From Schizochytrium sp. TIO01 (taxonomy: Eukaryota; Protista; Bigyra: Labyrinthulomycetes): a stretch of DNA of 64,000 nucleotides. A program made the translations under genes and the position numbers. The notes under the pieces are model-generated. The model searched no databases and was not told where the DNA came from. It saw only the letters and a program-made list of their open reading frames with translations. Positions 54,753 through 64,000 of this stretch are shown here, piece after piece. Positions within the stretch are counted from its first letter, which is position 1. Each line of letters opens with the position of its first letter. The stretch lies in the NCBI GenBank assembly GCA_004764695.1, contig SMSO01000032.1, positions 3,038,001-3,102,000 of the forward strand, given 5' to 3'.

Positions 54753-55482
54753 CTTGGATGAAAAGCTCGCCAAAACAAATATTCACGATGTCACTCTCAC
54801 CAGTAAGAGGCTAGGTTTTAAAAGTATCTTATCTATTAGTAATAGGACCTACTAGTGGCTACTAGTAACTATCTACTACGAATACTAGATCGTCTAAACC
54901 TTGAGGTTTTTCTTTTCATTCTTATCTTTTTTTTCTTTTTTCTTTTTTTTAATTACTACCTGGTCTATTACCTAGTATACGTAGGTATATACTACCTAGG
55001 TATCTATCTGTTTACGTACCTACATTTATAACAACTCAGTAACGACAACACCAACAACAATAATAACAGCAAAGGTGAGGAAGTCCTTGTTTTGCGTGGG
55101 TCTTCGAGGCATCAAACGAATGCAGCCTTGCGTGTTTATTGAGAGGCTCGTAACAACAAAGAAGCGCTTCGCTGGAGCTATCACTGCTGATAGGGAGGGA
55201 GAGTACACCTAGAGGAAATCTTAGGTGATTCCCGTTTGGCGGTTTACTTGTCCGTCTTTGAAATCAACCATCGCCGGTCTTACTTATTGTTGACCCTTTG
55301 AGCAGGAAAACCCCCATCATTCAGATCGTTAAGCACCTTGTTCTGGTGCGTAGAGAATACCAAAGCCCCTGTCTGATCTTATAAGCAAACTGCGTATGAT
55401 CATATTGTAGATATATTCTCTGCCCAAAGTCTATAGTTCATTCGAAAGAGCAACTCAAACAACACGAGAAACGATTGCTCAA

Positions 55483-56667
55483 ATGCTACTCTCAAAGGCT
55501 TCTGCCACACTATCTCAGCTTCATAGCGAGGACCAATGGCGATTGACTCTATTCGTGGCCCTAGGTCTTCGACTTGCGTTGGTATTGTATGCAGATTGGC
55601 ATGACGAGCATTTACTCGTTAAATATACAGACGTTGACTATCATGTATTCACTGATGCCGCCGAGGCGGTGTACCATGGAGGTTCTCCTTTTGAGCGTCG
55701 AACCTACAGATACACCCCGCTACTAGCGTGGATGTTGATCCCCAACTTGTGCTGGTTTCGCTCGTTTGGAAAACTAATCTTTGTCCTCTCTGATTTAGGT
55801 GTTGGGTGGCTGCTGAAGCTCGTTCTGCGTGCAAGGGGGGTCAAGGAGAGAGTCTCTATAGGATGGGTATGCGCATGGCTCTTTCACCCTTATTCTGTAA
55901 ATATTTCAACACGAGGAAACGCAGACTCATTAATATGCCTTCTTATCCTTGCTACGGGTCTCTCGATGTTGAAAAGACAGTATCGGCAAGCAGCCATTTT
56001 CTTTGGAGTTGGCGTACACTTTCGTATTTTCCCCATTATTTTTGCGCCGACGTTTCTACTTAGCATTGGTTGGCAACCTCGTCAGCTTTTTGAGTTTTCT
56101 GTTTTGAGTGGAGGAATTTTTTTCTTATTCCTGGGCATCTTTTATTACTTGTATGGTTTTCCCTTCGTTTACGAGACATATTTATATCACCTCGTGCGCA
56201 CTGACAACCGTCACAACTTTTCTGTATACTTTTATTCTCTTTATCTACAGTATAGCCAACCTGCAGGCTTCATTTTAGGTCTAGCCGCGTTTATGCCTCA
56301 AATTATTGCGCAGGCTACCCTTGTGTCGGTGCTCCGCTTTGATTTGATTTCGTGCATGTGTTTGCAGGTTATGTCTTTTGTTGTGTTCAATAAAGTTTGC
56401 ACGGCTCAATACTTTACATGGTACACAGGCTTGCTACCTGTGCCCCTCTCGACCCTTCATGCTAAAAATAGTCGCCTCCCAGTATGGATTCTGGGTCTAG
56501 CCGTGATATGGCTTATATCACAAGGTGCTTGGTTATCCCAAGCCTACTTGCTTGAATTCAAAGCTCAGAACACTTTTCTTAGAATCTGGTCTGCTGGCAT
56601 TCTATTCTTCATAGTCAATGTTGGAATTATAGGAACTCTTGCCAATGTTTTGATTCGTTCAAGTTGA
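55483..56667 (+). CDS. PIGM: GPI mannosyltransferase 1 (PIG-M/GPI14)
   Basis: VKYTDVDYHVFTDAA, RTYRYTPLLAW, ISTRGNADS, VHFRIFPII, YLYHLVRTDNRHNFS, FNKVCTAQYF.WY. Confidence 0.95.
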   Translation: MLLSKASATLSQLHSEDQWRLTLFVALGLRLALVLYADWHDEHLLVKYTDVDYHVFTDAAEAVYHGGSPFERRTYRYTPLLAWMLIPNLCWFRSFGKLIFVLSDLGVGWLLKLVLRARGVKERVSIGWVCAWLFHPYSVNISTRGNADSLICLLILATGLSMLKRQYRQAAIFFGVGVHFRIFPIIFAPTFLLSIGWQPRQLFEFSVLSGGIFFLFLGIFYYLYGFPFVYETYLYHLVRTDNRHNFSVYFYSLYLQYSQPAGFILGLAAFMPQIIAQATLVSVLRFDLISCMCLQVMSFVVFNKVCTAQYFTWYTGLLPVPLSTLHAKNSRLPVWILGLAVIWLISQGAWLSQAYLLEFKAQNTFLRIWSAGILFFIVNVGIIGTLANVLIRSS

Positions 56668-57348
56668 CTGAAAATTTCAAGCTCCCTTATACCCTTTCAC
56701 TCAATTCTTTATTTGTACATATAGGTCAAGATTTCGCACAATCATGATTTAAATTTCTCCTCTGAAGCTGCAACACAAAATTTAGTTTCTGGACCTTCAT
56801 CTTTTTATTTTTTAGATATTACGTCACAGAAAGTAACATCATATTCTAGCTTTTGATATGTGGCATGTACATTAACTCGCACGCAAATGAGACTTCTTTA
56901 CGAAGTTGCTTGTGATTTATTGTCCACTAAAAATGGTTTGTATTACGTGACTGGATCGGCAATTGGAAGAGCAGGTAAGCATGACACAGTGAAGAGCCAT
57001 TGGTGTTAGTTCTTTGTTAGACCAAAGATGATAACACAAACCAAAGAATGCGTGGTCATATCGGCTGATAAATTTCGAGACCTCAAACGTTGGTTAGTAC
57101 ACTAGTGCAAGCAATCCTAAGGGTGTCAATTACTTCTTTGACTGCCACTAGATATGCGTAGGTCTGATGTGAAAGATCTACATATAAATTTAACATCTTG
57201 AGATATTCGTGAGACGTGACAAAGTATTTTATAGACTAAAAGAACATGATGACCTTTGGGACTTGTTGTAAAGTCAGCAAATTTCGAGCTCAAAAGTTTC
57301 TCGTCCACCTCCTTAATCAAAGGTGACGTATATTTGATCTCCCCAAGG

Positions 57349-57813
57349 TGGCCTCAACCCTGGTTGATTGAGAATCAAAACGCAGAGAAAGGAGGGTTCA
57401 TGAGGGGATAGGCTAGCTCAGAAGGTGAACGAAGAGCTCAGTCGCAGCCCTTTGAGAAGACTAAACTCGTTTGAGTAAGTTAGGTTAGATAAGTGTAGGC
57501 TGAGGACTTCTGACGACTAATGTGGACGGTGAGACTCGGGTGATTGGGTAATTTGAGTATGCTTGCTTGTGAAGTTTCCTCATGGATAAGTGTGTGATTT
57601 CCTTATTGCATGATACCGTGCACGATAAGAAAAAAAATAATGTCTAAGGACTTTCGATTAAAAGGTATGTTTTTTTAACTTTTCTTATTAATTGAAGTAG
57701 AAGAGTAAAATAACTTTTTCTATTGAAAGAAGTAAACGTTTTCTCTGTTTTCTCTGTTTTTGTTGTTGTTGTTGTTTTTCTTTTTTTAATTTAAATATGA
57801 AATGTAAGGTGAA
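57349..57813 (+). mobile_element. Solo LTR-like repeat (~440-bp family), copy A, degraded termini
   Basis: Aligns by eye along its whole length to the reverse complement of 58846-59285 (e.g. AACCCTGGTTGATTGAGAAT, GAGCTCAGTCGCAGC, TGAGTAAGTTAGGTTAG, AAACGTTTTCTCTGTTTT, ATATGAAATGTAAGG). Confidence 0.65.
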
Positions 57814-58845
57814 TGAATACCCTCATCAAGCAACTTGCGTAGAATTGGCTTAGAGAGCGAGCCATAACAACTTAACTAAAAAGAATACCAGTCTTGCTTG
57901 CAAGTGAAAAGTCGTGAGTTGCTAAATATCATGCTTTCAAGCTATTTGTTGAAATTTTGAGCATGATGTCTGACTTAAAACTAACTTGCCAAAGGTCCTT
58001 TCTCAAGTAAAACATCAGTTACATTATCTCCACAAAGAAAGTAGCCCCTACTAACAAACGGGAGATAAAAAAATACTCGCGATCCTATTTCTGGAAGCAT
58101 GCAGAAATTGCTTCGTGCATGAACTAATAAATTTGCAATGTTTCGCTAATCATCTTCGCTAGCTGGTATTCTCATTATTTTTGAAAACGGAAGCTTGGTA
58201 CTTTTGGCAACTAGGACAACTCTTTCCCGTCATGAGAGACACATTTTACTGCCCTGGTAGCTAGTATTCTGGGCTTGCCTGGGCTATCCAGCTGTTGTTC
58301 AAATCATTTTATACCTTACTAATTTCGATCTTTGGCTCCATATTTTATCATTTAAAACTTTTCGATTTTTCTAAATCACCAGTATTGTTGGAGCATTAGT
58401 AAGTGCATCAGCCGGCGAAGGAGTTCTTTCATTTAGGACTTTTTGCCTTATCATTTCAATTCTCTCTAAATTTTAATCAACACGGCAGTTCAGTCTACCC
58501 TCGGCAACATTACATTATTGGACCTCGTGGTTGAAGCTTGTATATATGAAACCATGGTCTTTCTAGCATACAACAAAGATAATTGCTTTATATTTATGTT
58601 TCTAGCAGGCGAAAAGCCAAGACTGTAGAGCGATACTGAGCAATGTAGATCAAAGTTTTACATTGAACGAATAGAACCCAACTCTTTCAGGAGACCCTCT
58701 GTAATATCAGAATGACTGCTTTCATCGATTTATATTTTAGTTTGCCAAAACACATGAGGAATATGGGGGTTTCGAGATATCATCCTTGATAGACATGATT
58801 AACTACGCTTCTTACTGTCCTGGCAGGTTATCTCTACACAAGCTG

Positions 58846-59285
58846 TGTCGCCTTACATCTCATATCAAGAAAAAACAGAGAAAACGTTCACTTCTTTCAA
58901 GTTATAGATTTCTTTTACTTTTCCATTTTAAAAGAGAAGTTAAAAGAGATGCCTTTTAATCAAAACTCTTATAGACTTAAAACGATTTTTCTTATCATGT
59001 ACGCTATCGTACAACAAGGAAATTGCACGCCTTTCCAAAAAAGAAGAACCTCTACAAGCAAGCACACCCAAAATACCGAATCACTCAAGTCTCGTCGGCC
59101 ACATCAGCCAAGACTTCTTAGCTCATACATAGCTAACCTAACTTACTCACACGAGCTTGGTTTTCTCAAAGAGCTGCGACTGAGCTCCGCGCACGTGACC
59201 TCTTCGTCCACCTCTGGGCTAGCCCATCCCCTTTCGGACCCTTCTTTCTCTGTGATTAATTCTCAACCAACCAGGGTTCACGACA
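58846..59285 (-). mobile_element. Solo LTR-like repeat, copy B (best preserved; TGTCG...CGACA termini)
   Basis: 440 bp bounded by perfect 5-bp inverted termini TGTCG/CGACA. Flanks AGCTG/GGCTC could be a decayed 5-bp TSD. Strand is given relative to copy A. Confidence 0.7.
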
Positions 59286-59675
59286 GGCTCAAGACAGCAA
59301 GTTGTAAAGATTTATCAATTTTTAAATAATTGAAACAACTTTCTAGGTTTTGGGGTTTTTCTTTTTATTATACAAACGAGACGTTTGATGTGAGTCGAGA
59401 TAAAGTGTTAATAAATTTAGTGTTAATATTTTTTAAAGTAAATAGTAAACTAAGTTTACTGCATGTTGCGTTATGAGACGATCGGGTAAGACACAGCGGT
59501 ACTGCAAATTCAGTTCGATGCGCGTTCCCTACAGAATATGTTCATCAGAGACTCTAAACGTGAGAGAATTGAAAACACTGATGTCGTGTTCCCTGGTCGA
59601 TTGAGAGTCAATCATAGTGAAAGAAGGGATTTGGGAGAGGATAGACTAGCCTTCAGAAAGGTGAACGAAGAGCTT

Positions 59676-59762
59676 TGTCAAGAGATAGTCTATATGTGGG
59701 ACCGGGGTATACTAGGTATTGACGAGTGGTCATTAGTCACGCCTTTTTATAGCCCCTTAACA
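59676..59762. mobile_element. 87-bp TG..CA mini-element with perfect 5-bp TSD (AGCTT)
   Basis: AGCTT|TGTCAAGAG...CCCTTAACA|AGCTT; imperfect terminal inverted repeat; absent from LTR copies A and B. Confidence 0.8.
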
Positions 59763-60249
59763 AGCTTGTGTGCGTGGAACGCAGTCGCAGCTCTTTACAT
59801 CCATTAGACAACTTGTATGGAAATAGCCTAGAAGGCCAGGACACTGGTCAGGAAAAAATGTAAAACGTCTTTATATGCAATTTCTCCTATCTACTAATCC
59901 TATACTTCATGTCGATTAGGAAATATGGGTATGCGCAATGACACTGCAAAGAATCTGTGGAGCATTAAGCAGGTTTGCACGATCTTCGAAAAGCAATGTT
60001 TGTTCAGGAACCTCGATTGAAGGAAAGTGATACTTCAAAACACAGTATAGAATATTTTCTTACTTAAGAAATGACAAGACGATTTAGGCCAATCTTGTCT
60101 TCTTAGGCTTTTTCTCTGATCTGTCCAGCGGCGCCAAGCCTTTCTGGTCTCATCGGATTACTTCTTTGATTCACCCGATAAGCAATCTCTGCTATACCGC
60201 GGCTGCTATCGCCCCGACTCGAGAAGGAAGAGACGCAAAAGCTGCACTC

Positions 60250-61065
60250 AAGTTTGAAGTTACCATGCATCTGGTGCTCACTAGTGCAATAACTCTTAGA
60301 GAGGTAAACTCACGTTGTATCAGCTGTCTCTCCAGGAGGAGCAACGCCTCACCATGGAAGCTTTGTCTTCCTTTTTTTTCCCCTTCCATTGGTGATCTCC
60401 ATTGCTTACAATATCTCTGGGCTGGTAGAGTTCTTTCTCTACTTTCTGCCCCTCTATACAATCAATATATAGAGTTCTGAAATACTGCTTCTGTGAATTT
60501 TAAAAGCTGATAGAACAAAGCAAAAACAGTTCAATTTTTATGTATATATAGGTAGGTAGATCTATACACACAAGAATTTTAGATATTTGTGATAACACTA
60601 TTATATTAGATTGAGTCAAGAACTCACTATGTAGATCTATTTTTAGTTTGTCCATTTTTTTATTTCCACATTGAGTAAATAAATAATCGATATGTGTAGG
60701 TGCATTGAGATAAGGCAGTGCTTTAATATCAAGAACCTTGTGCACAGACCTCCTCTGGCGAGAGAGATCTCAGTCGCCCCACTCATGAGTATATCTTTCC
60801 ATCTAAAGATATGATATGTTAATAGTTAATCAAATTAACATAGTATTTATCTCTCTGTATGTATCCAACTATATACACATATTTATTTTATTTATTTATA
60901 TACATTATGTGTATGCATTGCTATTGTTTTAAAGTTCCTCGATATCACAAAGACAAGAAATAATCGTAAGTCCTGCTGCATATGTATGTATGTATTCGAA
61001 AGCGATAACCTGAATGACAAATTCAATCAATGCGCATAGCTGGTGCAAAACAATTGATCAAGTCT

Positions 61066-61102
<37 letters not shown>

Positions 61103-62510
61103 GGGAACCACTTGGCGATCACTTCATCAGGCCCATGCAAACTAGGGTTCGTTCATAAGCATGATTTCGATGGAGCTATCATAGAGATATGGCTTACTTG
61201 AATAATTTAGTCAGGTGAGAATTCAAAAAAAGAAAAAGAAAATAAGCATCATTTCTTTAGCTAAATTTGACTTAGAACTTGAAATCGAATTCCTATCTAT
61301 CTATGCTATTTATTTTATTATCTTCTTCTGCTAAACTTTAGAATCGGGTCAATTCAGATACGTTATTTATTTATGTACTTATAATAAATAATCCACAAGT
61401 AGAAGATGTAGACAGCTGGGAGCATTGTTTTGAAATGGAAAGATCGACTGATATATGAAGTATGTTAGTTATACAATTTGTAGAAGTTTTAAAATATCTC
61501 TTTCGTATATTCTTTTAATTAATAAAAATAAGTATAAAATACTTACAAATAAATCAATAAAAGCAATTTATTACAAAATTAAATATAATTATGATATTTT
61601 TGTCAATTCGAGATTTTATAAAAAAACATTAATTTTGATCAATTAATACTATTATTTATAGTTTTATATTATTTAAATTAAAATATTTAAATTATTGTAT
61701 CTATTGATAATTGGTGATTTAAAATTATTTATAGACAGATACAAAAACTTGTCTCCAATTGAAGTCCTCAGACATAAGTTTTCATCAAAATTAGGCAATA
61801 GAGACCTTGAAATATTCATGTTGATCTTCTATTCAATTTTTGTGTAATATAAACTACTTTTGATGTGAGCATTTGAGACTGGTTCATGTCTAACCCTATT
61901 CCCTCGCTGAGACCTTCTGTTTCAAAATAGTTTGACTAGTACTTCAAATCATGCTTAATTGATCTGAAATTTGACATGCATCTAAAAAATATTGATTTAT
62001 AACGCTGAACAAATTCTGGTGGTGATTGGACTATTATGAGTGAAGATATTGTTGTTGCAATACTGTTTTAATTTTAGTCTTTTTTTCGAATATTTCAACA
62101 TGACAATGAGGTTTTTGTACCCTTGAAGCCACTAGCTATAAGCCGCAATAAGCTCAAATGCATCACACACTTAAGTTAACTTCATCTTTAAGAACATAGG
62201 TTTATTTATTATATTTCCCTCTTTATAGCTCCTTAACATAATTATTTTAATTAAGCTCTTATTTATTTGTAGTTGTAGTCAACAATAAATAACAGATACT
62301 CGCATGTGTAGAGAGATAGAAAACCGTAAATAAAATATACTACACAACCAAGCTTGAAGGGAGAATTTTCAATCAATATAGTTTTTTTATTTATTTGTAC
62401 ATCTGAGCTGGTCGTGTGTATAATATACCGGTGAACTGTGTACTCCATATTTTTCAGCAGTCATAAAAGATAGTTTTTTATTTGCTTAAACACTTTGGAA
62501 TATGGGGCGA
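60250..62510 (-). pseudogene. Heavily decayed Ty3/gypsy-like pol fragments (RNase H, integrase core, GPY/F, possible chromodomain)
   Basis: Minus strand, in gypsy order: KVFKQIKNYL..YIIHTTSSDVQI (cf. F..LK..L..F.IHTDASD); FELIAA..QGYKNLIVMLKYSKK; DKL...IVLSQIS..CIDLP; YQPRDIV..DHQ..MV..DTT* (chromo-like). Many stops and frameshifts. Confidence 0.35.
61068..61099. repeat. (TA)n microsatellite
   Basis: Perfect dinucleotide run. Confidence 0.95.
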
Positions 62511-63927
62511 ATGCATTCATTAGACAACTTGTATAGAAATAGTCTAGAGGGCCAGGACATCTTTTAAATGAAAAGTAATTTTTTCTCTGGTTTTTTCTTG
62601 ATATGAAATGTAAGCCGGGTGAATTCACAAGGCGTCTAGTATATAAACAACCGAGAGGGCTAAAGTCAGATCTAAATCCTTTTCTTCAAACAATACTTTA
62701 AGCAAAGCTTTGGTGACGCAATGAATAAATAGCCTTTTACAAATCTGTCTATTATTATTGAAGTAATATACAGCTGCTGCCTAACCTAATCTAGCTTTCC
62801 GGTCAGTTGGACTGCCATCATACATTCGTCTCTACCTGTATCCAGACCCGAAACCCCAATAACTCATGTATCATCTTCTTTCTCTTTCTCCTGAGTTTGC
62901 CGTCCTTGTCAGACTACCTCTGCACGCTTCACAGCACAAGCTACTCTGCAATAATTATTTAAAGCTCCACTCTATATCCCGGTCCATTTCTCTTGCTTAT
63001 TTGCTGAGGTACTCAGTCGAAGGGGGGAGTAAAGGGATTTCTTTAGAACTTCTAGCATACCATTGTAGCCTCGGTTCCAAACGATTATGTTATAAAGAGG
63101 ATCAGAACTAGACAACCAGGTGTGCTATTGTTAATAGAAGGAAACCACTAAGATTATACATGTGAGGTTATTATCGTAGTTGCGAGACAAGTTGCCCGTT
63201 AATTATGTGGAACATAGATAGTTTCCCCCCTTTATCTTCCAAGTCTACCATTAATCTCTGGCTGACCAGGAAATAGCTTTCAGCAGAAGTCAAGATCTGA
63301 AAGTGAAGAAACACACTTAACAGAATTACTCTAGTGAAGTATAAGTTAATGTTAAAGAGACAAGTCTACTAACCTCATCAGTTTCGTCTAATATAGATCA
63401 AGCATGTTTATGTATCCGCATTAGATTAATATACCTCTGAAATGAGTTTTTAGACGGTATATCGCAAACTCAAAAAGTCAAATTTTACTAATGATTCTTT
63501 AAATCTTTATTAACTCCCTTGACTTGTTCTTTTAGTCCACCTCTAGCTGACTAGATCTACCTCTCATTAATTGAAAGAGCTAGTGGACAAGACATTGCTA
63601 TAGTTCTTGGCGTCCTTTTTTGAAACCCTAGTAGACATAGGGCTTGCACAAAAGCAAGAACAGACAGCCAGATTCATGTGGCTGCCGGAGTCAAGAAGCA
63701 GAAGTGTGAATACACATTACCTACATCCAAGCATGGTGTAACTTGAATCGATACTTGTAGAAATTGAATCACCTAACCCCATCGATTATCTCTAGCACCT
63801 TTCAAGAAAATCTTAACCTCGTTAATTACTACATGAATCCATCTGTCCAGGAATTCATTCTCCAGGACAGCAGTTCGCTAACTCTTAAATCAATCTTCTT
63901 AAAGCCATCATCAGAAACCCTTGCCTT

Positions 63928-64000
63928 TGTTGAGGGGCTATAAAAAGGCGTGACTAATGACCACTCGTCAATACCTAGTATACCCCGGTCCCGTATATAT
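63928..64000. mobile_element. Second copy (inverted, truncated by window edge) of the 87-bp mini-element
   Basis: 63933-63992 is the exact reverse complement of 59698-59757 (60/60); begins TGTTGAGGGG. Confidence 0.8.

Larger units (their letters stand above)
59796..62559. repeat. 2.76-kb insert bounded by 48-bp direct repeats (59796-59843 and 62512-62559)
   Basis: 43/48 identical, all five differences are transitions; both repeats end GGCCAGGACA. Confidence 0.75.
59582..62614 (+). mobile_element. Solo LTR-like repeat, copy C, split by nested insertions (pieces 59582-59675, 59763-59796, 62560-62614)
   Basis: Starts TGTCGTG..CCCTGG like copy B, resumes GTGTGCGTGG..CAGTCGCAGCTCTTT, and the tail TTTTCTCTGGTTTTTTCTTGATATGAAATGTAAG reappears at 62581. 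Confidence 0.55.

Noticed and set aside
594-56063. Numerous short ORFs nested in or antisense to the long genes (e.g. 10844-11245, 25094-25558, 34213-34701, 43465-43902)
   Set aside because: Shadow frames of real CDSs with no recognisable motifs.
57349-59285. A single MULE-like element with ~440-bp TIRs
   Set aside because: Copy B has its own TG..CA termini, a third copy lies outside the pair, and no 8-10-bp TSD flanks the pair.
59698-63992. 60-bp perfect inverted repeat read as the TIRs of a 4.3-kb DNA transposon
   Set aside because: The left copy is internal to an 87-bp element with its own AGCTT TSD, and the host LTR resumes right after it. Two separate insertions of a small element explain it better.
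1-64000. tRNA, rRNA, snRNA genes and telomeric repeats
   Set aside because: No cloverleaf with A/B boxes, rRNA or U-snRNA signature, or telomeric array was recognised by eye; tRNAscan-SE/Infernal would be needed to exclude them.

Overview
Eukaryotic nuclear DNA from an intron-poor, flagellated protist. Coding regions have moderate GC and spacers are AT-rich; a thraustochytrid/labyrinthulomycete-like origin is my inference only. Positions 1-56.7 kb are gene-dense: ZRANB3/SMARCAL1-like helicase-HNH, MYCBPAP-like protein fused to a degenerate phosphoglycerate-kinase fold, soluble adenylyl cyclase-STAND-TPR protein, NTA1-like amidase, BBIP1, a type II membrane protein with a carbohydrate-binding-like domain, ARV1, RecQ, RPAP3, CHMP5/VPS60, a three-exon Dam1-like gene not resolved by the ORF track, ornithine cyclodeaminase/mu-crystallin, AATF/Bfr2, a long coiled-coil protein, enoyl-CoA hydratase and PIG-M. 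The most notable non-genic signal is two decayed copies of one Fanzor (eukaryotic TnpB-like RNA-guided nuclease) element, at 21.8-22.8 kb (-) and 40.0-40.4 kb (+). Their homology continues past the nuclease ORF to a shared ...CTTTTCG end, which defines a candidate omegaRNA scaffold and a short TIR. Positions 57-64 kb are a nested retroelement graveyard: three copies of a ~440-bp TG..CA solo-LTR family, an 87-bp TG..CA mini-element with a perfect 5-bp TSD (two copies), a 2.76-kb insert bounded by 48-bp direct repeats, and heavily decayed Ty3/gypsy-like pol fragments. All assignments are by eye from motifs; no searches were run.
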